NCBI GenBank assembly: GCA_951406725.2
Contig: OX597815.1
Span: 138,942,001-139,006,000 of the forward strand
Reading direction: 5' to 3'
DNA length: 64,000 nucleotides
Source of the DNA: Octopus vulgaris
Taxonomy: Eukaryota
The notes under the pieces are model-generated. The model searched no databases. It saw nothing but the letters and a program-made list of their open reading frames with translations, and was not told where the DNA came from. This document shows positions 13,617-27,719 of the stretch, piece after piece (the first letter of the stretch is position 1; every line of letters begins with the position of its first letter). The translations under genes and the position numbers were made by a program.

Positions 13617-13654
<38 letters not shown>

Positions 13655-13877
13655 TATATATTTGTTCACGTGCATACAATCACACATGCACACGTACACG
13701 CGCTCACATATATATGCATATATCTCATATTTCACTGATAAACCCAGTACACTTATATAGAAAATACTATTAAAAAAATATAATGCCATGCAACAGAAAC
13801 ACTATTATTCTCTTATTATTGTTATATATTTTAATCAGGTTCTGTATTTTTATTTGGCTTGTTTCTCACTTCATCTA
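13217..13877 (+). repeat. Diverged direct repeat of about 165 bp around a (TA)n tract
   Basis: 13217-13380 and 13714-13877 align end to end (e.g. TATAATGCCAT, TTTTTATTTGGCTTGTTTCTCA). Confidence 0.8.
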
Positions 13878-14266
13878 TCATTTTCGCAACACTATGTTTA
13901 ATCGATGTATTTCATTTTACAAACCCATTTGAAATCTTACTCAAAGTTTTAAGGCCCATTTTATGTTCTATAAACTCACAAAATCATTTTCCTTTACCTT
14001 CACAAAAGACAAAAAATAAGTACAGAAAAGAAAATAGAAAACCCGCATGTGGTCTCATTAATTTATGAATGATATCACTTTCTCACACTTATATATTCTC
14101 CGTAATAGGTTTCTGTTTTCTCGTCAGCTTTACCCAAAGATACGCCATCATTTCTTTCGCATTCACCTTCATCCAGTCCCACTCCACCGTTATATTCCAG
14201 ATGGAAATTCTCATAGGATCCATATTTCATTACTGTATTCTATTTCACCCACTTTCCTACTCCTCC

Positions 14267-15310
<1,044 letters not shown>

Positions 15311-16299
15311 ACAGACACACACGCACACACGCACACATACACATGCGCCAGCTCGTGCACTCGCTTCCACATCCACAAGTACACGAGCTCATCCATACAG
15401 ATACACTAACACGTATATATACCAACACAAGCACATCATCACTAGTAAGGCACAGACACACATAGCTGCACACATACACACATATACATATGTGTATATA
15501 TGTATATGTCTATATATGCATACGCGTGTGTGACAGGAAAAATATTGATTATTTCCCATATGAAATCGCTTTTCCTCAATTCCTAATCCCTTTATTCATC
15601 ATTACCACACAATATAGTTGAAAATATATTTATATATCAAATTTCTCGCTGCCAATTCTATATTAATTTATTTTGTTTATTTTCCGCATTTTTGCTGATA
15701 TATATTTTACTGTTTCTCACTCGCTTTCATCATTTATAACTGAATCACTGCTATAACACATACACACACTAAAACACATTATCCTCACTTCCTGTTTTCC
15801 CATCCCTCTCATGCAAACACACACACACACACGCACATATATAAATATATATCCTTTTTCTATGCTCAGGATAAAAAAGATAGAGTAATATTCCTTGTGC
15901 CACTTACGTACACATTATTTATTCATGTCTATGCATATACATATTTTATAGCTCTGCCCATTTCGATATTTCCTCAGAGATTTCTGATATATGTATACAA
16001 TCTCGTATATTTGCGCTTCTGTGTACGCAGATATTCCCATCAATATATTTATGCTCATGGTTAAAGTGGAATTAAAGGCATATCTCGAGCTCTTGTGCCA
16101 AACATGTTCCCTGCCTCAACATTTCAAACACACAATTTTCAAATACATTTAGAAGCACACACTCATATATATATATATGTCCTTCTGCATGCATTAGAGA
16201 CGGAGACGTTCCCCCATATAATATATATATATGATGATAGTCTTACGCAGTCTGAGAAAGACGGCTCTACAGTTTCTTGTTGCAAAGCCTGTACAAATG

Positions 16300-16531
16300 A
16301 ATTTTTATAGTGATAAAATACTTGAGCTGTGCATTAGCTCACTTCTTCGATCAAATTGACGTTGCCTGAACAGTTGCCCGGCATACTGCATGTCAGCTGT
16401 AGAAGTGATGACAATACAATGTGCAATGAAATGCTTTGTTTAAGAACACAGCTCACCAACCGGTTTTTTAATGGAAATCACGAACTCGCTATCATGAGTG
16501 TGACACCCTATTCACCAGGCCATGTGCCCTC
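16300..16531 (-). mobile_element. Decayed tRNA-derived SINE
   Basis: tRNA-like head at the right end and a GTGTTCTTAAACAAAGCATTTCA block resembling the other SINEs here. Confidence 0.5.
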
Positions 16532-17060
16532 ACAGAATTTTACAGCACGTCTAATTTATATCTTTTAATTTTTCTAATTAATCATATTAATCTAACAATA
16601 TTATTAATTAACAAAATTATTTATACTTTGTGAAAGAGTGGAAAGAGTGCTTGACATTGAACTAGGAAAGGATGATTAGGAGGCCTGCTTACCTTCAGGA
16701 AATAAAACCTGTTTTACTGCCACAATTAGATTTGATGTAGCTGATGTGACCCAGTAGTAGAAACTATAGTGAAGCAGTCAACTCTCACATACTTTATGCT
16801 GGGACAGTCAACCATTTTAAATTATATAATTTGTGAAATAGAGAAGAACAAACGTTATATCATTAATTCTGGTTAAGATAGAGAGGGGAGAATACTCCAA
16901 AATGTTTATTATTAGTAGTAGTTTCCTTGTAATATTTCACTGAGCGTTATTGACGAAAATTTTGGATAACAGTCCTGCTGTTGTGTTATTACTGATTCCT
17001 TATCAGTAACTGAATCACTGCTCTCTTCTTAGAACTTTACAAACCTAGAGAGAGAGAGAG

Positions 17061-17167
17061 ACAGCAGTTCATTACCACGTCACAACAGTTCATGCCCACG
17101 TTACAACAGTTCATAACTACGTCACAAAGATTCATGACCACGTCACAGCAGTTCATGACCATGTCAC
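17061..17167. repeat. 21-bp minisatellite, 5 copies
   Basis: Unit ACA(G/A)CAGTTCATGACCACGTC with scattered substitutions. Confidence 0.9.
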
Positions 17168-18728
17168 AAAAGTGGTATTATAGGACAGTGTTTAATAATT
17201 GTCTACCTACTTCCTCGAGGCACTGTTGATTATTAAAATAACCATACTATTACTTTAATATAATGATTTTATCTTCCGGCTATGTATGTAATAGTTTCCA
17301 TTAGCAATTTTTGGCTCACTATTTTTAGCAGCAGCGATTTAGCTGTTTGCTTTTCATGAAAAAAGCATCGCTCAATAAATTCCCTTTCTCAATCAATCTT
17401 TAACGTTGTCGGCGCTATCGGTGTTTATTAACTCTATAGTGTTTACGCTTCTATGCCGCAATAGGTGGAATAATTTAACAACTCCTGCTAATTGATATAT
17501 TTCACCGAGGGTGTCTAATTATGTTGAAACATGTCTTAAGTTAACCCCGTAGCTACGAAATATCACACTCACCCCACCTCATTATATGTCAACTTATAAT
17601 ATATGTATGCGTGTATTTATTGTTTAAATTAGAGTTGTTGGTGAGTGATTATCAATCCGGGCAAAATACTTTATAAATTCTCTGTTAGTACCCCAGGCTA
17701 GCAATATTGTTTAGATTAGTAAAGAACACCGCATATTCCTGTGGCAGGCTCCGAGGTTATAGGTCATCACCATTCTATTTTGTAAATCAATAGTTGTGCT
17801 CCATTTATACTGGCTTTTATACAGAGTGATATACAAGACAAGGTATAAATAATGATCATGACATATTTATATTTACGGTAGTAAGTTTAACTCACAGATG
17901 TTTCCGGTAGTCATTACACGGGAGCGAAGAGAAGCAATAAGAATCAAAATAAGATAAGTGGGAGACAGATTAAGAAGTGATTATTTGGAAGAGTCGGACT
18001 AAAATTAAGAGAAGGAAGAGAGAAAGGAATCAAAAGGATAGACGAGGGGAAGCATGCTATAGAAGAATGGGCAGAGGATGGCCGAAATTACGGAAAAGAC
18101 AGTCATAAAAAAAATAGTGTTTCCGAGTCATCACACATAAACAAATTTGTATTGTTTTCAAGTCAAATACTCTCCAAATATTGTTGGAATTTAATATAGG
18201 CCAATTCATCATATGGTCAACTTAAATCTTCAGTTTTTGGTCATTTGTACTATAACACATAGTGAAAGACTTATCTATTCTTCTTATTGTTTCCTCTCTT
18301 CTTTTCTTTCCTTCTCTTCACTTTGTCTTTTTTTTTCAAATCATCAGTCTTTCCTTTCCATCTTCATCTCTCTTCCATTTACCATATACTGAATCTTATT
18401 GCCTCTTTTCGCTCCCCTTCTCATAGCTGTGCTATTCCTTCAGTATTCTGCTTATTTATAAACAGAAATGACTGATGAAAGTAGCATTAATTTTTTTAGG
18501 TCTTTCAATGTTGTCTTAATCGATCAATGGACCGATTGAGAAAAGCTGTCAATATCGAACCTATTATGATAACTCGAAACAACTGTAACTCAAACTCACT
18601 ACAACAAGGAAAAGCTTGTAATAAACATTACCTACGTCTTGTATCTCTCTCTTTCTCTCTATACCTTCTATTTATAAATGTTCTAAATCTTTCACAGCCT
18701 TGGATATATATATCTGATTCTGAAAATT

Positions 18729-18761
<33 letters not shown>

Positions 18762-18763
18762 AT

Positions 18764-18972
18764 AGGGAGAGTTCACGAAAATAACAAAAGACGAAGACAG
18801 GTGGTGTGCAAAACAAACAGGTGTATTAATATAACGCTCAGGAATAGAAAAAGGCTTTTACGTTTCGAGCCTAAGCTCTTCTACAGAAAGGGACACAGAA
18901 AAAACAAGGAGAGAAACAAGGAGAGAAAAAAGGAGAGAAGAAAATGTGTGTAGTGGCTAACGATCTATCATG
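18764..18972 (-). mobile_element. Short dispersed element with an HHR-like motif (copy 1)
   Basis: Homologous to 59679-59857; motif at 18855-18890. Confidence 0.75.
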
Positions 18973-19077
18973 GCATCAGACATTTTTCGGTAATAGTAAG
19001 CTCGTTCTACGTTAAGCAAGTCCACATCATTACAAGAATTTCAAGAACGCAACTCATAATTCGGTTCCGTTGCTTGT

Positions 19078-19401
<324 letters not shown>

Positions 19402-19421
19402 AAAACAAAACAAAAACAAAA

Positions 19422-19457
<36 letters not shown>

Positions 19458-19490
19458 AAACTTGAACGACGATTTAACAAAATTCCTGTA

Positions 19491-19570
19491 TTCTGGACAT
19501 GGTTTCGAAGGCTGCATATTCCTAATTTCGAAGGAATAAGGGTGCATTATGCCGCCTTCTCATCAGGAAA
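19491..19570 (-). ncRNA. Type I hammerhead (left-arm copy)
   Basis: Minus strand: UUUUC-CUGAUGA-GAAGGC...GCCUUC-GAAAC cau GUC-CAGAA; first stem I pair mismatched. Confidence 0.65.
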
Positions 19571-19717
19571 AACAAGGAACTTATGTCAGCATCAAGATGA
19601 ACAAAAACTCTTAGATGACTGCCCACACGGAATCCATAACGATAATGAGTGTGGGATTCCGTGTGGGCATTCATCTAAGAGTTTTTGTTCATCTTGATGC
19701 TGACATAAGTTCCTTGT

Positions 19718-19802
19718 TTTTCCTGATGAGAAGGCGGCATAATGCACCCCTTATTCCTTCGAAATTAGGAATATATGCAGCCTTCGAAACATATGTCGAG
19801 AA
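19718..19802 (+). ncRNA. Canonical type I hammerhead ribozyme
   Basis: TTTTC-CTGATGA-GAAGGC...GCCTTC-GAAAC atat GTC-GAGAA: perfect core, GUC cleavage triplet at 19795-19797, stem II extended by a further hairpin. Confidence 0.85.
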
Positions 19803-20283
19803 TAAAGGAATTTTGTCGTTCAACTCCATTCTTTCATTTATTTGTATTAAAAAAAACACAAAAATTTCCACACGAAAGCACGTGATCTCTGCCCTTGGCA
19901 TGTAGCTTCAACCATGTTTTTCTGACGTGAATTTGCTACCCAGGTATCGGTTAACCGAATTATCCATACTAAGATAATTCATTCAACTACTTAAATATAT
20001 ATATATATATACATATATGAGTGCACGCGCGTGTTTGCATGTGTAAGATGTCTAATTTGCGCCCAATCTCCAGGTTTTACTGCAGGGGTGTGATGCCTGC
20101 ATAATCGAAGATTAATTATAGGCACTGAAACGAACGAGCACTTTATATTATAAAAATACATATATAACGAATAGGAGAAAATGTATACATAAAGGAAGGT
20201 ATATATAGCAGCAAGTCTGGGATTGTCGGAAATAAGAAATGATCTTAATAATTGAGATGTTGATAGATACACGCCAATTTAAA

Positions 20284-20342
<59 letters not shown>

Positions 20343-20610
20343 ACTGTGTACAAGAAGACTGTTAAAACTGTTTCTGGAATGGTTGCATAATTGGTGCAGT
20401 TTAAAGCATGTTGAGTGTAGCTCTGAAATTTATCAGTAATTGGACTGCGTTACAGAAATTTAACTGGCAACCCGTTCCATCGCTGCCAGTAAATTTTGTT
20501 CAAAGATGGCAATCAAAAGAGTGAATGAGGAAAGAAAAGATAGACCGAGAGGAAAATGAGGGAATAAAGAGGGGCTATAATAATAAATGGTATGAAAATG
20601 AGGTTAAAGT

Positions 20611-22066
20611 GAAAATTTTAATGTTGAGTTTGGTCTCCTTCAGAGCTTTTCTAAATCTACGGGCTAGCTCCCCATGGGCTGTGGCCTCTACAAAATCACT
20701 CCTTGATATTTGACGGTTTTATACTACGTGTTCGTCCTGTTTGCTTTGCCACAAGTTCTTTGTATTCTATTCCATTCTTTGTTTCTATATCTAGGGCAGG
20801 TACCACTATCCCACTCCCCCGCGTACATTTAGAAAAGCTCTGAAGGAGACCAAACTTAACATTAAAATTGTTGAACAGCCAGGGAACTCCATCAGATCAC
20901 AACTATGTAGGACGTACACCTTTAAGAATACCATATGCACCAATGATAACTGCATTGTATGTAGGATTAGCCCTGGCATTAACTGTAGAACTCGAAATGT
21001 AGTTTACAGCATAAGGTGCACAGAAGGTGCTTGTAAAGACATGAACATGACGTACATAAGGGAGACGTGTAGGAGCATTGCAGAACGAATAAATTAACAT
21101 CTAAGACAATATGACGACAGAAAACAGTCCTCCATACTCTACCAACATGCCAAAGACCAATATGGAGGTAACTTGGGTCACCTTGACATCCACATCTTAT
21201 CCAAGCACCCAAAAGACCCAACAATCAGACAAATACGGGAGTACGTCCTTATAAATGAAACCTCCCCAATGCTAAATAGGAAATATGCATAGTAAATACC
21301 ATACCTCCATACCCACAGTTTACACAAGTAGAGTAGAATAGTTAGTGGATGGTTAGTTAGTGGATGGTTAGATAAATGTATGTATGTGTGGGTGTGAGTG
21401 TGTGTATGCACCTTTTTTTCATGTATGTAAGCATATAGATATGAAAATAAACAGATACATACAGACGGATAGGTACGTAGGCTATAGGAACAGACACATA
21501 TGGAGACACGGATCTACACATATAAAGATGCACATCCATACATACAGACATGGTACATAGTTGCATAACACAAACTCACACAGACATGCACACACAAGGA
21601 GACAGAGGTGCATACATATACAAACACATACTCACACACACATGCATATACACAAGCACGGACATGCAAGCACATAAATATACAAGATACGAACATACAG
21701 ATGCACACACATACATAACTATATACATATGCATACACACACATATATACATACACATGTAAACACACACACGCATACATACGTACATGCTTGCATGTAT
21801 AGGCACACACACTGACCCACAATCATGCGCACCAACAAACAAAAAGGAACGCAGTGTAAATAACGGACAGTCAAAACTATTGAAAAGGTTGCAAGACGCA
21901 ACGAAAATTTTGGGAAAATAAAAATAAGAAATTTCTCCGAGACACCTGATGAAGGCTGGAGGGTATATCAGACGAAACTTTGTGTTAACAACAACCAAAC
22001 TGAGGACAAATATCCGTCAAATGTAAATAATGTACATAATTCCTCATCTCTTAAATATAGAACTGT
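20611..22066 (+). mobile_element. 5'-truncated Penelope-like element with an inverted 5' segment
   Basis: Plus frame 20831-21292 (no ATG, one internal stop) reads RKALKETKLNIKIVEQPG...CRTRNVVYSIRC...YIRETCRSIAERIN*HL...RQIREYVLINETSPMLNRK, a GIY-YIG endonuclease. 20611-20826 encodes the upstream part on the minus strand. An HHR-bearing terminus lies at 21930-22066. Confidence 0.85.
21942..21985 (+). ncRNA. Degenerate type I hammerhead at a Penelope 3' end
   Basis: ACAC-CTGATGA-a-GGCTG...CAGAC-GAAAC TTT-GTGT; one stem II mismatch and an altered stem III. Confidence 0.6.
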
Positions 22067-22074
22067 ACAAAGGG

Positions 22075-22450
22075 TATCATATTTCCAAAGGAATCTGACA
22101 ACGTTCTCTAGGCTAAAGCCTAGAGGACCCATTTTGTGTATTGCATTCAGCTCCAGACTGGGAGATGCAAGTTGACCTGATGGGCAGAGTTATCTTACCA
22201 GAAGAGATAGCGGTGGCATCATTTCGACCAGACATGTTCCTGCTCTCCAGAAAAACCAAAACAATCATCGTGGTAGAATTCACAGTGCCCTGGGGGTGGA
22301 GGCAGATTAGATATATCGCACCATGTAAAAGGTGATGCGTATAGTCTAAGGGGGCCAAATGTTTTTGACACTGACGATACGGAAGGGCCTCCCGTACTGC
22401 AATGGATTTAGAAGAATAGGTCCTGGAGTTTCTGCATGAAACCAAACATC
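22075..22450 (+). mobile_element. RLE-type non-LTR retrotransposon C-terminal fragment (HERO/NeSL-like)
   Basis: ORF 22141..22335 APDWEMQVDL...RPDMFLLS...VVEFTVPW matches the PD-(D/E) restriction-like endonuclease motif. Confidence 0.75.
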
Positions 22451-23054
22451 TCGAATATTTATTTCACCTACATTAAGCGACTAAGCATGCAGAATTTATC
22501 GTTAAGAAAAGAAAATAGGGTAAGATCTCTTATACAAAATGTAACGGGTATGGTGCAAAATACTGGTGATTGATAAAGAAAAATATTAAAATGATTATTT
22601 AGGTTGCGGCTTTAAATACATTTTCTTAATGAAAATACTTGTGATTGTGGCGGTGCTTTTGTAAATTCTGCTGACTTTGAGTTTAGTCGGGTAACATAAG
22701 AGTAATTTTTATGTATAATATTATTTTCTTTTGTAGATAGATAGTGTCATAAACCTCGTTCCTTTATAGTATATTTAAAGACAGAGTCTTCCACTTGACG
22801 TGGAAATCGATAGCATATTCTTTCAAATAATAGATATAATTGGATAATTTCATTATATTCTTTCTTATGCGACTGAAATATAACATGCAGTTAGAGTAAA
22901 TGTTAAAATTTATGTTCCTCTATAAGTATATCACATAGGTGCACAACTTGAACATGAGGTTTTGTGGTGGTGAGTTCTAATCCAAGAACGGTCTTCCCAC
23001 TTTCTATGACACACTCGGTAAATATCCGCTCGTATATGTTCAACTATGAACGGA

Positions 23055-23322
23055 AAAAGCAGATGAAAACTATTGTGTACATTTAAGTGCCCCAAATATA
23101 ACAGAATAGAAATTCTGTAGCAAGCCTCAGCACACGTGTATTCGGTGAGGAATCTCACGTAAAGTGGTTACCAGTCCCGAAGTGAATGGTAATAAATTTA
23201 CTTCTAATATAAGTAGTTTCCTGTCCGACTATACGTCTGTTGAGGCTTGTTACAGAATTTCTGCTTGGATATATTTGGGGTACTTAGATGTACACATTAC
23301 TTTGTATCTGCATTTTCCGTGG
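23055..23322. repeat. Diverged inverted repeat (arms about 100 bp)
   Basis: 23055-23152 versus 23216-23322, e.g. GAAATTCTGTAGCAAGCCTCA / TGAGGCTTGTTACAGAATTTC. Confidence 0.75.
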
Positions 23323-23336
23323 GTATATGTAAGTGT

Positions 23337-23680
23337 GGAGACGCAATGGCCCAGTGGTTAGGGCAGCGGACTCGCGGTTTCGATTCCTAAATTGAGCGTT
23401 GTGAATGTTTATTGCGCAAAAACACATAAAGCTCCACGATCTCCGGCAGATGTTGGTAGTGGTGAACCCTACTATACTCCTTCACCACAACTTTCTCTCG
23501 CTCTTTCTTCCTGTTTCTCTTGTACCTGTATTTCAAAAGGGCCAGCCTTGTCACACACTGTGTCACACTGAATCTCCCCGAGAACTACGTTAACGTTACA
23601 CGTGTCTGTGGAGTGCTCAGACACTTATACGATAAATTTCCGAGCAGGCTGTTCAGTTGATTGGATCAACTGGAACCCAC
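23337..23680 (+). mobile_element. tRNA-derived SINE
   Basis: Head as at 19197; body GAGAACTACGTTAA..TACACGTGTCTGTGGAGTG shared with 25395-25640. Confidence 0.85.
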
Positions 23681-24727
23681 TTTGATACTTAAGTATTCCA
23701 TTTACTCTTACCGTGTTACTCGCTGATAAAAGAAGAATTCTTTTGGATTCATATAGAAATCGGTCCGATTCTGGAATAACGAAATTAGAACAAAAATTCT
23801 GTTAGCTTGCTTTCCTCCTTTCAACACGCTGTCTATTTATTGGGAAAATATTAAATGTGGTTAGACGATCTAAAGTCTGATTTTCAGCACATTGGCATAG
23901 AAATTCTTTGCTTTTGGTTTTATTCATAATTGGTTAAAATTTTCACTTTAAAAGGCATTTTAATATACTGGCAACTAATATGAGTTTAATATATTGGCCA
24001 CTAATAAAAGCTTTATGACAAATTCTCTGTCTGTCACTCTCTCTTTCACTCTTCCTCATTTGCTCACGTGGATCCCACGTGCCCATCGGTCATCTTGCTT
24101 TCTTTTCTTAGCTTGTGTTTCTTTCTGTTGCAGTTGGAGGAATCAGACGCATTATCGTCTGTCACCTGTCCAAGCTTGTTCCTCCGCGTTTGCCACCTCA
24201 CCTCATTTAGGCTTAGCAGCCCTTCCTGCTTGTTTTCACTGTCCTGTTTTTGTTACCAATTTTGACCCTCCGTAAAATAGCAATCTTTATTTAATTTGCT
24301 TTGCGGGAGCAAATGTTTTATCTAAGGCGTATCTTGTTGAATTGCTCAAAATACAGATTAGAAAACAGCCGACAACTGATGAAGGGTCGTTCGTTATGCT
24401 ACTTATCTTGTTTCTTTTGTTGTTGCGAAAATATTCATAGGCCATGTATTCGTAATTCGTACCTCATGTTCTCTTATGTCTACGTTCCATGACGTCCTGT
24501 GCCCAGATATGCATATGTATATATGTATAGATGTATGTACATATACGTATCTATATATGCATATATATATATATATGCATATATATATATATTATATATA
24601 TATATGTATATATATATATGTATACATATATATACATATATATATATGTGGCATATTGGGCGAGTGACTTCTACTATAGCCTCGCACCTACCAAAGTCTA
24701 CCAAAGCCTTGTGAGTGGATTTAGTAG

Positions 24728-25310
24728 GCGGGTTGCGGACACAACTATATTGGACAGACGAGTATGACCTTGAGAAAGACAACCACTGTACATAAAGAGT
24801 AAACCCTTTTCCCGCAAAACAGGCAAATTCCTATCAGTGAACATATAGAAAAATGTGCAGATAACATCAAGCCAAATTTTCGAGTCTTCTCCTTCTACCA
24901 GTGCAAAACACAATCTCTTCAGAAGAACGTTTAAATACAGAAACTTTTTTAATTGATAAATACGATTACAATTCATGATTACACCATAAATCCTCTCACT
25001 AAACAAGATTTTCGAAATCTGTTTTTGTCCGAATATATATATTCCCCTCCCATTACCGAAAGCTGAACAGTTATCTCCCTTACCCACAACAATGACAAAA
25101 CTAACCAATTACCTCCCTTATTATTCTACTTGTGAAGTCATTCACTCGTAAATATCATCACACATACCATGGACAAGATTTCTTCTTAAGAAAATACGTA
25201 TTCAAATTAAGTAAAACATAATATCAGGAATAGCGATAGAGAAACCGGTCGATATATTAAAAATTATATTAAAACTATGTAAAGTGTGCGTATTTTCCTT
25301 TTTTCTTAAT
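24728..25310 (+). mobile_element. Penelope-like GIY-YIG 3' fragment
   Basis: Plus strand reads [22 protein letters not shown], then [28 protein letters not shown]; a GAAACCGGTC half-HHR lies at about 25241. Confidence 0.7.
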
Positions 25311-25314
25311 TTCT

Positions 25315-25393
<79 letters not shown>

Positions 25394-25394
25394 G

Positions 25395-25952
25395 AAGGTG
25401 CGTGCGTTAGAGGTTAGGGCATTCGACTCTAGATCGTGAGTTCAATTCCAGGCAACGCCTTGTCGTTGAGCAAGAAACTTATTTCGCGTTGCTCCAGTTC
25501 ATTCAGCTGGGGAAAATGAGTAGCCTTGTAACACTCTGTGTCACGCTGAGTCTCCCAGAGAACTACGTTAAGGGTACACGTGTCTGTGGAGTGATCAGCC
25601 ACTTGCACGTTAATTTCACGAGCTCCTGTTCCGTTGATCTTATTTGTTGGGACCCTCGTCGACCAAAGCCTTGTGAGTGGATCTGATAGACGGAAACTGA
25701 AAGAAGCCCATCGTATATATGTATATAGATGTATGTGTATGTGAGTGTATGTGTTTGTGTATCTGTGATTGTTCCCACAACATCGCTTGACAACCGATTC
25801 TCGTCTTTTACGTCTCCGTAACATAGCGGTTCGGCAAAAGGGAGCGATAGAATATGTACTAGGCTTACAAAGAATAAGTCCTGAGGTCGATTTGTTCGAC
25901 TAAAGGCGGTGCTCCAGCATGGCCGCAGTCAAATGACTGAAACAAGTAAAAG
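25395..25952 (+). mobile_element. Composite of two SINE segments
   Basis: tRNA head with GAGTTCAATTCC, shared SINE body to about 25640, then a second family's 3' half ending GGCGGTGCTCCAGCATGGCCGCAG...GAAACAAGTAAAAGA. Confidence 0.8.
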
Positions 25953-26944
25953 AATATATATATAAAGACACATTTCGGTTACGAAGATGATATAGGACGT
26001 TGGCATTTGGTGTGTGTTTTCTAGGCGTATGATGCTGTGAATAATTTAGAAGAAATATATGTTATTTTTAAAGTATTGAAATACCATACAAACTTTTGCA
26101 ATGAAAAGATTCTTTAGATGGTAATGATCTATAGTTCTCTCTTTTCACGAATGTCTATCTTTGCAAAGTATTTTGAAATATAGAAAACTATCTGTATATT
26201 TATAAATATTATTCCAGTCTATAGCTTACCTAATGTTTATAATCTTCTGACTTATTTTCCATAATATTTGCAATTAATCTATATTTTTCATTTTCTGGAA
26301 TTCGTTGTTTTCACTTAATATTTTTCTCACGTAAATTAGAAAGTAATACGTTTATTTCATATAAAATAAATGACAAAATTTTACGACAAATGTTTGAAGT
26401 TTCATTTAACTAATTCCAGTCTTTTCTCATACTTTCATCAAAAATTTAATTTTGCTATCTATTTATATTGTTATTAATTATCTGTTCCTCAAAATACAAC
26501 GCTTTTGTTGCATATGTATTTTAAACTACCATAAACAAGTTATATAATTAATTGCATTTTCAGTAAATTCCTTCATAAAGTATTTCCTTCGTAGCGAATG
26601 ACGGAAGCAGTAAACTCCTTATTCGGTTTCAAACTAATATAAACCAGCTAATGCATTAACTATGTTATGAATATTCATATGAAAGAAAGTAGATTATCTA
26701 GGAATCAATACTTAATCAATAAATTAATCAAATGAGGAAAAGCGAGCGTTGTTTTTAATTCGGCACAAGGTATGAATGTCTGTCTGTGACGCTCACTTTG
26801 CAACTACGTATTTCGAGTTCGATCCAAGCGTGCAGATTATAATAAGACTGCCTTTGACTGTGATGATCGGTGAAACAAAGCTCTTCGTTACAGCAAAAGT
26901 GAGTGATGTTTTCTCTTATATGAAGTGTTCTGCATGTGTCATTC

Positions 26945-27019
<75 letters not shown>

Positions 27020-27020
<1 letters not shown>

Positions 27021-27500
27021 ACCACGATGTGACCGACCACGTTATCAGATTTGCTCACATCGCTGGTCGCAATGCGCTTGTGATTGTTTTAGCCATCAAG
27101 TGACGCCACCATACTGGCTAAGCGAGCAGGCCAACAAAAGAAAGAGTAAGAGAAATTTTTGGCAAAAGACTTCGGCAGAGATGGCCACCACCCCCTGCCG
27201 GAGCCTCGGGGAGCTTTAAGTGCTTTCGCTCAATAAACACTCACAAGGCCCGGTCTAGGAATCGAAACCGCGATCCTACGACCGCGAGTCCACTGCCCTA
27301 ACCACTGGGTCATTGCACCTCCACATTCACACACACGCACGCACACAGGAATGACGTGCTTCTTTCTCGTCTACCAAATCCATTCACAAGGATTTGGTCA
27401 CCCCAGGACTATAGTAGAAGACATTTACAACAAGGTGTCACGCAGTAGGACTAAATACGGGTGTTTGAAGCAAACATCTTGCCACACAGCCATGCCTGCT
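27020..27500 (-). mobile_element. Two adjacent SINEs (27020-27324 and 27345-27500)
   Basis: Reverse complements of the heads at 19197/23337 and 5880 respectively. Confidence 0.8.
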
Positions 27501-27719
27501 CGTATACCCACACACACACGCACACACACACTCACGCACACACACATTCGCACACACACACATACTCACACACACATAGACACACACTCACACAACACAA
27601 AAACATATTCTTTTCATTCTTTTATTCTTTTACTCGGTGCCGAGTTGTCAAACATTCATACCAAACTTTCTCAAAACAACTTGTCCGACCGTCCCATTGG
27701 CATCCCCTTTGAGAAACAC

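Larger units (their letters stand above)
19462..19823. mobile_element. Palindromic element of about 360 bp with a hammerhead on each arm
   Basis: 19462-19637 is a near-perfect reverse complement of 19653-19823, with a loop of about 15 nt. Confidence 0.9.

Noticed and set aside
22371-22410. CTGACGA followed by a TACGG/CCGTA hairpin
   Set aside because: No GAAA after the stem and no stem I partner; not a hammerhead.
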